Positions 18,622 to 27,423 of a DNA stretch of 52,440 bases are shown here, piece after piece. Source of the DNA: a virus. Its lineage: Duplodnaviria; Caudoviricetes. The notes under the pieces were generated by a model, which did not search any database, was not told the origin of the DNA, and was given only the letters and a program-made list of their open reading frames with translations. Where the stretch lies: positions 1 to 52,440 of IMG/VR virus record IMGVR_UViG_3300032069_000016; one strand, given 5' to 3'. Both the position numbers and the translations under genes were made by a program. Position 1 is the stretch's first letter. The number at the start of each line of letters is the position of its first letter.

Positions 18622-18710
18622 ATTGTATATGATTTTTCAATCGGGGTCAAACCCCCAAAGTGGACAACCTGTTGCTAATTACTATATGGATTTTGGGTTA
18701 ATGTTGTCAA
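18622..18710 (-). promoter_or_regulatory. Two tandem sigma70-type promoters
   Basis: TTGACC-17-TACAAT (18650-18622) and TTGACA-18-TATAGT (18710-18681). Confidence 0.65.
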
Positions 18711-18784
18711 TCACCCCGATAAACCCATATTGAAAGGATAAGTCATAAATTAGTTAAATAGTTCCATAAATTATAATCTACCCC

Positions 18785-19294
18785 TTAAATAGGAAAATTC
18801 AGTTTTTCTCTTAAATGGTTTTTTAATTTTAATAATTCTTTCTTATTATTAGTATTCTTCTTATTAGTATTCTTAGTAGGAAATGGTTTCCTCTGGTTGG
18901 TGTCGTTATTTTCCTCTGGTGATGTCGTTATTTTCCTCTGGTGAGCACCACAGGAAACTATTTCCTCTGGTTTAACCCACTCATTTTTATCGGCCAATGT
19001 ATAAACATTATTTTTCCATTTCCCGCCCATTCTTTCTCTTTCAATTACTATCATTTTACAGTCAGAAAAAATCTTTATGTATTTCCTAACGGTTCTTCCG
19101 GTAATACCATTTTCTTTAGCTATCAATTCTTGAGCAGGGAAACATTCTTGATTGGCATTTGCGTGTCTGCATAAGGATAAATAAATGGCAGTTCCTGATG
19201 GCCCAAAATATCTTGCATAGCCATTTAAGTATTCATTATCAAGCCAAAACCATCCCCTGTTTCGCTTATCTCTTATTTTTATATTCATATCCAT
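18785..19294 (-). CDS. Phage replication initiator (winged HTH)
   Basis: AIYLSLCRHAN...CFPAQELIAKENGITGRTVRKYIK...NVYTL, followed by an iteron-coding linker. Confidence 0.8.
   Translation of the reverse strand: MDMNIKIRDKRNRGWFWLDNEYLNGYARYFGPSGTAIYLSLCRHANANQECFPAQELIAKENGITGRTVRKYIKIFSDCKMIVIERERMGGKWKNNVYTLADKNEWVKPEEIVSCGAHQRKITTSPEENNDTNQRKPFPTKNTNKKNTNNKKELLKLKNHLREKLNFPI
18835..18972. repeat. Iterons and AT-rich repeats (probable replication origin)
   Basis: TTTCCTCTGGT x4, including two tandem TGTCGTTATTTTCCTCTGGTGA; adjacent TTATTAGTATTCTT repeats. Confidence 0.75.
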
Positions 19295-19399
19295 ATTATA
19301 TCATAATGGCATAAGTATGCAAAAGTGGATAACTATTATAGCAATAGTTGCGTTGGCCGACTTTCTTGCGAGGGGTGAATTTAGAGGTTAGTTTTTCCA

Positions 19400-20143
19400 T
19401 CAGAGTAGGATTTCCTGCCTTAATCTGGCTTCGGCGATTTTGCAATACTTCTCGCTTATTTCTATGCCGACATACTTTCTGCCTAATTGTTTGGCGGCGA
19501 CACAAGTAGTCCCGGTCCCATTAAAAGGGTCTAAAATAATATCATCCCGAAAGGAAAAATGTTGTATAAAATACTCCGGTAATTCTAATGGGAAAGTAGC
19601 GTGATGTTCTGCAAAATTTTCTTTATGGTGAAACTTTTTGATATTTGGGACATAATTATTCGCCGGAAAATTAACATCTGTAAAATTCCGAGTATTATCT
19701 TTCCCAAAAATAAACACAAACTCAAACCCCGTTGCCATTCTAACTGGTTGGTTGGTCTGTTTATTTATAATCTGGGACACTGCAATTTTATGCCAAACAA
19801 AAATGTCCTTAAAATTACTTCTAAAATTAGAGAGCATATCAACAATAAAATCTTTTGTAGAAACCAACATCTGCATATTCCAGAAAGTATATTTAGATTT
19901 TTTAATACACAAGTTTATTATTTCAAACATCTTCTCTTTATATTCCTCTGGCGGTAAATCATCACAATAAACATCGTAATGTTTGTCTGATATTTTACTC
20001 CTCGGCTGATACCCCAAACTTTTACCACCCATATTATAGGGAGGTGAGGTAATTATTAGTTTAGCAAAATTATTCGGTAGTTTTTTTAATTCCGTTAATG
20101 CGTCTCCGCATATCACCTTGTTTATAATATCTTCAGGAGTCAT
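19400..20143 (-). CDS. Beta-class N4-C/N6-A DNA methyltransferase
   Basis: TSPPY (motif IV) precedes DPFNGTGTT (motif I); HATFP. Confidence 0.92.
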   Translation of the reverse strand: MTPEDIINKVICGDALTELKKLPNNFAKLIITSPPYNMGGKSLGYQPRSKISDKHYDVYCDDLPPEEYKEKMFEIINLCIKKSKYTFWNMQMLVSTKDFIVDMLSNFRSNFKDIFVWHKIAVSQIINKQTNQPVRMATGFEFVFIFGKDNTRNFTDVNFPANNYVPNIKKFHHKENFAEHHATFPLELPEYFIQHFSFRDDIILDPFNGTGTTCVAAKQLGRKYVGIEISEKYCKIAEARLRQEILL

Positions 20144-20146
20144 AAA

Positions 20147-21388
20147 TTAGAGTAAGAGTTCCTGCCTTAATCTGGCTTCAGCGATTTTAATATAATCACT
20201 TGAAAGTTCAATTCCAAGATATTTTCTTCCTAATTTTCTGGCTACCACCGCCGTCGTTCCGCTTCCCATAAAGGGATCAAATACCAATCCGCCGGGGGGA
20301 CATCCAAACTTAATCGGTATTTCCACTAATGCTTGTGGGAAAATTGCGAAATGGTCAATATCCACGTCATACTCTTTTTGAAAATTATGCGGTTCGCTCT
20401 GGATGAGCCAAATGGTGGGAAGATTTTTGCCAAGTGGATTGGGAAATAGTGCCGAGTATTCAAAAGAACTTAATCCTATTTCATTAGCAATTTTACTTTT
20501 TCCGTGAGTTATATTTTCTCCCTTTTTATCGTTATATTTATATTGTGGATTATATTGGCATTGCTGATATTTGCTGTCGGGATAATCCCCCGTTCCTCGT
20601 CTTGCTCCTTTATCATCATCAATATAATTTTCTTTATATCTTTTTATTTCTTCGTCGCTTGCCTTAATATGTGTTGAAACTCTACCATCAATTTTTCCCT
20701 GATTTTTTGCTTTGGCATATTTTGAATTTGGATATAATTCAGCCGACCTAACTAAACCACTGGCTCTAAAATCCGTTACTCCTAAAACTTGATTTGGCAA
20801 CCTCACCGCATCTAAGTCGCTATAATACTTTTTATTTTTAACAAAAAAATACAATTCTTCCCCGCTTTCATTAAATCTGTCTTCTACCGAACTTGGCATA
20901 ACGCTTCCCTTGGTTTTCTTTTCCTTGAAATCTAATACTTGCTTCGCCCACTTTATTTTATTGCGCAAAATCCAGCCTTGTTCATCAATCATCTTTAGGG
21001 CGATGCGTTCAGGCATCATCATTAGGCATTTAGAACCGCCAAAGTCTTCTTTTGGATGAACTATACTTGCCTCGTTAAAATGTCTATTGTTCCACGCTCC
21101 GGTTCCCGGTGAATTTCCCCACCTTGTCCCCCCATAACAATCTCCCATATTAAGCCAAAATTGTCCTGATTTTTTAAGAACCCGTTTTAATTCTACTGTA
21201 ATCTCTAAAATCTTTTTAAGATATTCATCAAAAGTTTTCTCTAACCCTATCTGTTCTTTATAATCGCCATACTTACGGAGGCCGTAATAGGGCGGGGAAG
21301 TAATGATCAAATCTGCGAATCCGTCCGGCCATTGTTTAAGAACTTTTAGCGCTTCGCCGCAATAAATCTTATTTAGTTCAGGAGTCAT
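20147..21388 (-). CDS. Beta-class N4-C/N6-A DNA methyltransferase with a large variable insert
   Basis: TSPPY, HFAIFP, DPFMGSGTT. Confidence 0.92.
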   Translation of the reverse strand: MTPELNKIYCGEALKVLKQWPDGFADLIITSPPYYGLRKYGDYKEQIGLEKTFDEYLKKILEITVELKRVLKKSGQFWLNMGDCYGGTRWGNSPGTGAWNNRHFNEASIVHPKEDFGGSKCLMMMPERIALKMIDEQGWILRNKIKWAKQVLDFKEKKTKGSVMPSSVEDRFNESGEELYFFVKNKKYYSDLDAVRLPNQVLGVTDFRASGLVRSAELYPNSKYAKAKNQGKIDGRVSTHIKASDEEIKRYKENYIDDDKGARRGTGDYPDSKYQQCQYNPQYKYNDKKGENITHGKSKIANEIGLSSFEYSALFPNPLGKNLPTIWLIQSEPHNFQKEYDVDIDHFAIFPQALVEIPIKFGCPPGGLVFDPFMGSGTTAVVARKLGRKYLGIELSSDYIKIAEARLRQELLL

Positions 21389-21391
21389 AAA

Positions 21392-21685
21392 TTAGTTAGG
21401 TAGTTCCTTTAGTTCTTGATTGTATCGGACGATATTTTTTCCCTTAAATTCTTTCCAATAAGTTTTATGGCCTCTTTCTACATTGCACTCGCCGCAGGCA
21501 AGAACTATACCTGAACCATCTAATGCCTTATATCGTCTGTTGTCTTTTCTGTGATATAAGTGGTCTCTTGTCGCCCACAATCTTGAATCAGTCCCGTCTT
21601 TAGGAAGTATCGTTTCTCTTCCACACCATTTGCACCTTTTATTAAATCTTAGCCAAAGGTTAAATAATCTTTTAGTGGCCTTCAT
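21392..21685 (-). CDS. HNH endonuclease-like protein
   Basis: CKWC ... ATRDH ... VLACGECN. Confidence 0.75.
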   Translation of the reverse strand: MKATKRLFNLWLRFNKRCKWCGRETILPKDGTDSRLWATRDHLYHRKDNRRYKALDGSGIVLACGECNVERGHKTYWKEFKGKNIVRYNQELKELPN

Positions 21686-21910
21686 TACATTGACAAATTT
21701 CTTTTACCGATGAATACGGTTTGAAATTGTCAACTAAAAATGAAACTTCGCACCCGATTAAATCTTCAAAAATCGTGCCTTCCAAATTATTGATTTTTTT
21801 GCGTTTCGCCGCCATTATTGAAATAAAATCAGTTGAGTTTTAATTTAGTTTTTTTTGAGGTCTCTTAGAAGCAAAGAGGATAGGGGTTTGGGGGAAGGGG
21901 ATTTTTGGCC

Positions 21911-22028
21911 TTGCTTTATTTTCAGGATTTTGCTAATCTAAATTGCGTTGGGGTCTAAACCAACTCTTAAAAAACCTATTTGGTTTTTCAGTCGCCCGTA
22001 ACGCGTTCACGGTCGGCTGTTTTTTTTT
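21911..22028 (+). ncRNA. Candidate antisense small-RNA unit (promoter plus terminator)
   Basis: TTGCTT-17-(TGn)TAATCT; hairpin AAACCAA/TTGGTTT; CAGTCG...CGGCTG followed by T9. Confidence 0.45.
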
Positions 22029-22130
22029 GAGGTCTCTTGCCATAAATTATAGACGCTCATTTTAGGCAGACAATACCCAAACCTTGATAACGAGTGGACA
22101 ACTTGTGGGGATATTGATTTCGCTTTGATT

Positions 22131-22409
22131 TCATTGGTCTTTTGGGGGTTCAAGGAACTTCTTATAAACGGCTGTGAATAACTTCCCTCTGTTTTTATCA
22201 GGTTTCTTGGCATTTTTCAGCACCCAGTCCCGACATCTCAACAGCTTATCCACACCATACTTTTTGAATAACCGCAAGTATACTCCGTAATTCTTGTCGC
22301 CCAAGCTATCAGCGCAGTCAACCGCCTGCTGTTGCCAGTAATGGGCTTGCCATTTCCTCTCTTTCTTTCGGGCTTTGATTCGCTCAATATAATCCTTGTT
22401 TATTTCCAT
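22131..22409 (-). CDS. Hypothetical helical protein
   Basis: 92 aa. Confidence 0.65.
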   Translation of the reverse strand: MEINKDYIERIKARKKERKWQAHYWQQQAVDCADSLGDKNYGVYLRLFKKYGVDKLLRCRDWVLKNAKKPDKNRGKLFTAVYKKFLEPPKDQ

Positions 22410-22442
22410 TTCGGTAATACAAGTGGATTACGCTCGTATAGT

Positions 22443-22904
22443 TCATACTTTAATAAGCCGATGTTTAGTATACAAATGCGCCGCAACATCATTGAACTTT
22501 ATTCTGCAAACGGGACAGGGATTCAGCTTTTCTTTCCGTCTATTCACTCTCTTAATCCGCTCTATAAACCTTTTCCGTTCGCTTTGGCTTATCCTTCGTT
22601 GTCCAGTATGCCCTTTTTTGAACTGATATTTCCTGCCGGCTTTTTTAAGATTGCCCATATACTTTTTTCTATGTTCTTCAAAATGTGTTTTCTTTTTTTC
22701 ATAAACGCTGATGTCAATTAAAGCTTCTCTGAATGGCAGTTCAAACTGCTCCTTGTATTCATAGGCAAGGATTTTATGCTTATGCCAAATATGCGAACCG
22801 AGGTGATGAAAGGTCTTACCGCAAAGCTTGCAGGTTAGCTTGCCGAGATAAAACAGGTTTTTGGTTTTGAGTTTCATACTAATTTCCTTCCGCTTTAATT
22901 TCAA
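22443..22904 (-). CDS. C2H2 / Ros-MucR-like zinc-finger protein
   Basis: CKLCGKTFHHLGSHIWHKH..AYEYKEQFEL; second CPVC...H...H. Confidence 0.7.
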   Translation of the reverse strand: MKLKRKEISMKLKTKNLFYLGKLTCKLCGKTFHHLGSHIWHKHKILAYEYKEQFELPFREALIDISVYEKKKTHFEEHRKKYMGNLKKAGRKYQFKKGHTGQRRISQSERKRFIERIKRVNRRKEKLNPCPVCRIKFNDVAAHLYTKHRLIKV

Positions 22905-23139
22905 AACTCTTGCCGTAATCTTTGGCGACCTTGTCTATGTAGCTTTTGACATAAACAACCAGTTCTTCTTTCGTCTTAATGCCTTTCGGGTTCTGCCAAT
23001 CATTGGCTTCAATTCCCATCATTGTCCCAACCGCCTCAATCAAGATGCCCAAATCAAGCCACCTGTTGTGCGAATCCCCGTTGACCAAAATCCGATTCGG
23101 ATTTTCGTCATCATAAATTATTTGTATGTGATATTTCAT
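22879..23139 (-). CDS. Hypothetical protein
   Basis: 86 aa. Confidence 0.65.
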   Translation of the reverse strand: MKYHIQIIYDDENPNRILVNGDSHNRWLDLGILIEAVGTMMGIEANDWQNPKGIKTKEELVVYVKSYIDKVAKDYGKSFEIKAEGN

Positions 23140-23144
23140 ATCTA

Positions 23145-23687
23145 TTATGCTTTTTTAACTATTGAAAAATAACCTTTCCAAAATTCATCCAGCAGATTGT
23201 TCTCGGTTTCGCCTTCATTCAAATTGATTTCACCGACTAATTCAATCTTGTCGCCCCGTTTTATTTCAAAACTTTGAAAGTATGTTTTGCCGTCGCTCGT
23301 GCTTGCCGCAACGCTAAACCCTTCAACTCTTTTCGGGTCTTGGCTCGGCATCGGGATATTCTTGATATCCACCTCTTTGTCGTATTTGGACATCCAAACT
23401 TCCGATGACATAAATATCACCATCGGAGTAACTTTTATTTCCTTGCCCGTTTTGTCTCTGCCTGGAAAAACGCCCAGCGCCATCTCCTTGCCCAGTTTAT
23501 TCAGAATCTCAAATCTTTTCTCCTGCGCTTTTTCATCGCCCAGAACCACAACGAGGTTAGCCACCTTATTGTCATTATCAATCCCGATAATCTCAATCAT
23601 AAGCAGAAACTCTTTGCCATCGGCAAATTGCTTTTTGGCGAATCCGACTATCTTTTCTATTTTTTCCTTAATCTCTTGTTTTGTCAT
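23145..23687 (-). CDS. Conserved phage hypothetical protein
   Basis: SEVWM ... PSQDPKRVE pattern. Confidence 0.75.
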   Translation of the reverse strand: MTKQEIKEKIEKIVGFAKKQFADGKEFLLMIEIIGIDNDNKVANLVVVLGDEKAQEKRFEILNKLGKEMALGVFPGRDKTGKEIKVTPMVIFMSSEVWMSKYDKEVDIKNIPMPSQDPKRVEGFSVAASTSDGKTYFQSFEIKRGDKIELVGEINLNEGETENNLLDEFWKGYFSIVKKA

Positions 23688-23691
23688 ATTA

Positions 23692-24111
23692 TTAGCATTT
23701 GGACGGCTCCTTATCCGTCCCAGTTTTAATCTCTACCTCCATCATATCCATAGCATTGGTTATCTCCTTTGCCGCTTGGATTCTGTCTGGCGCCTGCGAG
23801 AGGTGAGTAAGAATGACCGCTCTCAAAATGCGTCCGAGTAACTTAATGACCATCAGTGAATCTTCGCAAATGAGATTCTCCAGACGCTTCCCCGTCCCGA
23901 GCGACTTCCACAGCAAAACGCCGAACCCCGCCTCCTTTTGAACTCCAAACCTGATAAGCGGATTAAGCATTCCTTTTTCCATATCTTCGGGTGTGGCTTT
24001 TACTTCCTTTCTGATGGCTTCTCTGTGTTTATCCAATATCTTCAGAACCTCATCAAATAATTTCTCGCCCAACTTCTTCAATTTTTCGCTGTTGATTTTT
24101 TTGTCGTCCAT
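23692..24111 (-). CDS. Hypothetical protein
   Basis: 139 aa. Confidence 0.65.
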   Translation of the reverse strand: MDDKKINSEKLKKLGEKLFDEVLKILDKHREAIRKEVKATPEDMEKGMLNPLIRFGVQKEAGFGVLLWKSLGTGKRLENLICEDSLMVIKLLGRILRAVILTHLSQAPDRIQAAKEITNAMDMMEVEIKTGTDKEPSKC

Positions 24112-24113
24112 AG

Positions 24114-24374
24114 TTATTCCAACTCGCTGTAAATGCGGTTCTTTATCATTTTCGTATTGTCAAAAAATGCTCTCGCTTTAACCTCCAAGCGGTCAGCCCA
24201 GTAGTCGCCGACAACCTTTTCAATATCGGCATCTCGGCGAAAAACGAACTGGACTTTCCGTGGTATGGTCTTGTCCAGTGAAACAAGTTCAAAGCCCGCC
24301 GTTATCAAAGCGGCGGCAAGCCCTAAATCGTAAGTGCTCATATGCTCCCCTTCAATTTTGAATTCTTGTCTCAT
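24114..24374 (-). CDS. DUF5659-like protein
   Basis: TYDLGLAAAL...FVF...YW...KNRIY pattern, recognised from memory. Confidence 0.55.
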   Translation of the reverse strand: MRQEFKIEGEHMSTYDLGLAAALITAGFELVSLDKTIPRKVQFVFRRDADIEKVVGDYWADRLEVKARAFFDNTKMIKNRIYSELE

Positions 24375-24419
24375 TTTAATTTCCCTTCCCCTTTAAGTTT
24401 GAGTTTCCTTTCAATGTAT

Positions 24420-24665
24420 TTAGTTTCCATTGTGCGTTGGTTTTGCCCAACGTTCAATCCATTGCCGAACCTTGGACTGGTTATTATTATCCAAACCCCA
24501 CTTCCAACTATCATCGCTTTTGCCGACATAGCGCTGGAACTTTTCCATCACATAATCGGGCGACTTGCCTAAAATACCATTACCGTTTTCCATCAATGTG
24601 CAAAAGGCGACTAAGTTAATCAGCATCGCTCTTGCTTTTTCTCTTTGTTCATTTGTCAGTTCCAT
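24420..24665 (-). CDS. Hypothetical protein
   Basis: 81 aa. Confidence 0.65.
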   Translation of the reverse strand: MELTNEQREKARAMLINLVAFCTLMENGNGILGKSPDYVMEKFQRYVGKSDDSWKWGLDNNNQSKVRQWIERWAKPTHNGN

Positions 24666-24858
24666 TTGTTTTTGGTTTTTTCTTACCCAGAATAATCCCG
24701 AAATTCAAACTGTTATCATATTCAAATCCCACGACATCATATTTCTTTCTGCATATCTCAATGAAGTTTCTAAGTTCGGGGTGTATCCTGTAATAAGCTG
24801 TTCCTCTTGATTCTACTCTATTCAAGTTAATATCAATCGCTACTATTTTTTTAGTCAT
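24649..24858 (-). CDS. Hypothetical protein
   Basis: 69 aa. Confidence 0.6.
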   Translation of the reverse strand: MTKKIVAIDINLNRVESRGTAYYRIHPELRNFIEICRKKYDVVGFEYDNSLNFGIILGKKKPKTNGTDK

Positions 24859-25210
24859 TTACATTTTGAGGACAATTTGGGTCGTGTCCTTTTTCAACTT
24901 CGCTATCGTTCCCGTCTTGACCAATTACGGGAATGGTCTTAATCCAATTGCCGCAATCTGGGCATCGCTTCTCCGTTTTCTTTCTTGCACCATATCTTCG
25001 GGCGTGCCACGCATTGCGGGCTCTTGTGCACTCTGGGTCGCCGCAAAGCAAATATCTGCCCGAAGCCGTAATCGGCTTGTGGCAAATAACACATCTGCCC
25101 TTGCCGTTTGAAACTTCGTTCACTTCCGCCGAAGCAAGCGCCTTAACCAACGGCAATGTTTCCTCTGCGCTTCTTTCAATCAACGTTCCGTCTTTTAATG
25201 TAATTTTCAT
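24851..25210 (-). CDS. Protein with multiple zinc-binding motifs
   Basis: CVIC, CGDPEC, CPDC, HDPNC; GAGGCG upstream. Confidence 0.7.
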   Translation of the reverse strand: MKITLKDGTLIERSAEETLPLVKALASAEVNEVSNGKGRCVICHKPITASGRYLLCGDPECTRARNAWHARRYGARKKTEKRCPDCGNWIKTIPVIGQDGNDSEVEKGHDPNCPQNVND

Positions 25211-25228
25211 ATTTCGCCTCCTCTCTAA

Positions 25229-25453
25229 TTATTTGAACTTATCCTTATTTCTCTCTATTATTTTCTGCCAATCTATTGTCGGACATCTTTTCAGCGGGAC
25301 AGGCAATCCGAACTTTCTTAACTTAGCAACTATTTGATAGATTCTTTGCTTTTTTACGCCTATTCTTTCTCCGATTTCTTTAAGAGTATGCTCATCCCAC
25401 ATATCAATAATTATCTGAACTCTATTTTCGTAATCTTTCATTTTTGTTCTCAT
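25229..25453 (-). CDS. HTH DNA-binding protein
   Basis: TLKEIGERIGVKKQRIYQI. Confidence 0.75.
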   Translation of the reverse strand: MRTKMKDYENRVQIIIDMWDEHTLKEIGERIGVKKQRIYQIVAKLRKFGLPVPLKRCPTIDWQKIIERNKDKFK

Positions 25454-25477
25454 TTCTAAAAAACAAACAAACCGATT

Positions 25478-25768
25478 TTACTCGGCTTGCTTGTCAATCA
25501 ATTCTCCTTTGAAATACTGCGGCTCTTTTTCATCATAGCCATTGACCTTTTTCCAAGCGACAAAATCTTCTTTGGTTAATCGGGCGATAACCTCATTCGT
25601 ATAAATTGAACCGCATTCGTGGGCGAATCCATAGACCTCAACCATATTGATTATCTCTGGGTCATTGCCTCTGGTTCCTTCCATTACGATTGCGGGCCAA
25701 TGGGCTACATTCAATATCATTTCGCCCTTCTTGTATATGTTTTTGGGATTCTTTAATTTTGTGGTCAT
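25478..25768 (-). CDS. Early hypothetical protein
   Basis: 96 aa with its own promoter. Confidence 0.7.
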   Translation of the reverse strand: MTTKLKNPKNIYKKGEMILNVAHWPAIVMEGTRGNDPEIINMVEVYGFAHECGSIYTNEVIARLTKEDFVAWKKVNGYDEKEPQYFKGELIDKQAE

Positions 25769-25785
25769 AGTAATATGTTATTATT

Positions 25786-25814
25786 AGTATAAACCTTTTC
25801 TAATTCTTTGTCAA
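25786..25814 (-). promoter_or_regulatory. Sigma70-type promoter
   Basis: (GTC)TTGACA-17-TATACT. Confidence 0.75.
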
Positions 25815-25999
25815 GACATCCGTTTTTTTGGGTATAATATCAAATTCAATCTGGCAGGGAGAACAACGATGCTATTACAGACATCACAGCATCGCCCGCG
25901 AGTCTTAACCGGGTCGGGATTATTCCCGAACCCAGAAAATTCGCCTTTGCAAATAACGCATTTGTATTTCTTATTTTGTTTTGTTTTTTTCACTTCCAT
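25811..25999 (-). CDS. Small Cys-rich phage protein
   Basis: CVIC...GFGNNP.P....RCCDVCN. Confidence 0.7.
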   Translation of the reverse strand: MEVKKTKQNKKYKCVICKGEFSGFGNNPDPVKTRGRCCDVCNSIVVLPARLNLILYPKKRMS

Positions 26000-26157
26000 A
26001 GCTGAGCTTGTTTACTGTGCCAACATTTTCGGTTAATTACGAATCCGGGGCAAAAGCAAACAATTTTTTTATCGCGAAACCGAATTGTCTTATGCCATTT
26101 CCGACCATCGCTTTTGCTTTTGAACCAATAGGTTCTCTTTGTAATTTTTTTCTTCAT
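25990..26157 (-). CDS. SWIM-type zinc-finger protein
   Basis: CFCPGF...CWH; start moved to MKKK. Confidence 0.65.
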   Translation of the reverse strand: MKKKITKRTYWFKSKSDGRKWHKTIRFRDKKIVCFCPGFVINRKCWHSKQAQLWK

Positions 26158-26169
26158 TGTAATTGTAAT

Positions 26170-26193
26170 AAACAAAAACCGCTTTCGGCGGTT
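26170..26193 (-). terminator. Terminator-like hairpin in the early leader
   Basis: AACCGC-CGAAA-GCGGTT followed by TTTGTTT. Confidence 0.6.
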
Positions 26194-26242
26194 AAGAATA
26201 GATTGCGACTACTTATCTTAATCGCCTAATGGTATTGTTTAT

Positions 26243-26351
26243 AGTATAAACGACCTCTTTTCGGTGTCAAGCTTATATTATAAGTATAAACGACCTCTTT
26301 TCGGTGTCAAGCTTATATTATAAGTTTAGTATATTTCTATGGGTTTGTCAA
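26243..26351 (-). promoter_or_regulatory. Tandem early promoters within a 40-bp exact duplication
   Basis: 26243-26282 = 26283-26322, each TTGACA-16-TATACT; a third TTGACA-17-TAAACT at 26351-26323. Confidence 0.75.
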
Positions 26352-26495
26352 GACCTCTTTTCGTGGGTCTTTTTGATGTTCTTGGGACGCTCTAAAACGC
26401 TCTAAAACGAGCTGTGCCGAAAGGAGTTGCTCAAATGATTCAGGTATTAGGTTAGTCCCTTAAAACGGCGTAGCAACGATTCTGGCTGTCTTGGG

Positions 26496-26774
26496 TTACT
26501 TTAACTCCCCTGGCTGTGCCGTTATCCTATGGCAGAGAACTTTCAGCTTCATTCCAGCGACAGGTTCAAACCTGCAAATAGTGTAAAGCTTCTCCCCTGG
26601 TTCGGCTCGGTCTTTAAGCTCTTTCGGGACTTCCCTGACATCCTCAACTTGAAACTCCTCATTGTCCCAGCGGACAACATCGCCCTTGTCCTGCTTGGTA
26701 ACCCGACGCCAAACTTTCTTGAAGGATTCAAGGTCGTTTTTTACTTCTTGCTCAAACGATTCAATCAGGTTCAT
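26496..26774 (-). CDS. Hypothetical protein, last gene of the late operon
   Basis: ATGA coupling. Confidence 0.65.
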   Translation of the reverse strand: MNLIESFEQEVKNDLESFKKVWRRVTKQDKGDVVRWDNEEFQVEDVREVPKELKDRAEPGEKLYTICRFEPVAGMKLKVLCHRITAQPGELK

Positions 26775-27193
26775 CTTAGAATATAACCGATTATTTTCTC
26801 GTAACTGAACGGAATAATCCGTTCAGTTACTTTATACAAACCTTCGTAATTTTGTTCCACGACTTCTACGCCCTCTTTGGTTACCCCCTTTATCAAAGCC
26901 AAATGGCCGAGCCGACTTTCACTCAAAACTACAACGCCTCCGACTTCTGGTTTGTCGGCATTGATGTAATCAATCCATTGCTTTGCGTTCCCGTTATACT
27001 TTTCATACCCGTGTGCCTTTATGAAATCCACGCATTGCCCGTTTCCTACTGGTTTATAGAAATCGGTAATCGTATTAACCGCATATACATATGCTTCTGT
27101 AATATACGGATAACTAACTTGGGGTTTGGGCGGCTCGTTTACGGTATCAGCCCTCGCAAAGAAGGCATACATCGCTACTGAAGTCGCAATCAA
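26771..27193 (-). CDS. CHAP-domain endolysin with an N-terminal signal/TM segment
   Basis: GQCVDF, GNAKQW, GHLAL, VEQNY. Confidence 0.8.
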   Translation of the reverse strand: MIATSVAMYAFFARADTVNEPPKPQVSYPYITEAYVYAVNTITDFYKPVGNGQCVDFIKAHGYEKYNGNAKQWIDYINADKPEVGGVVVLSESRLGHLALIKGVTKEGVEVVEQNYEGLYKVTERIIPFSYEKIIGYILR

Positions 27194-27217
27194 CCCCGTA
27201 ACGAATTTCTTAATATG

Positions 27218-27403
27218 CTATTTTGGAATGGCCTTCTCAACAATCGGCAGGTCAGTAACGACTCTTAATATCACATCCAGAACCGACTTTATCGTCAGGA
27301 TAACGCCGATTCCTGGATACTGCTGACTGACAACCATTGTCAGACCTATAACCGCTTGGAGAACGGCCAGCCAGATTACTTTTGATTTATACCAAACTTT
27401 CAT
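27218..27403 (-). CDS. Putative holin
   Basis: KVWYKSKVIW start, 2 TM segments, LRVVT; GAGGTG RBS. Confidence 0.7.
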   Translation of the reverse strand: MKVWYKSKVIWLAVLQAVIGLTMVVSQQYPGIGVILTIKSVLDVILRVVTDLPIVEKAIPK

Positions 27404-27423
27404 ATTTCACCTCGCTTTCTTTT

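Noticed and set aside
26243-26322. 40-bp repeat as a CRISPR array
   Set aside because: Two abutting copies with no spacer; each contains a promoter
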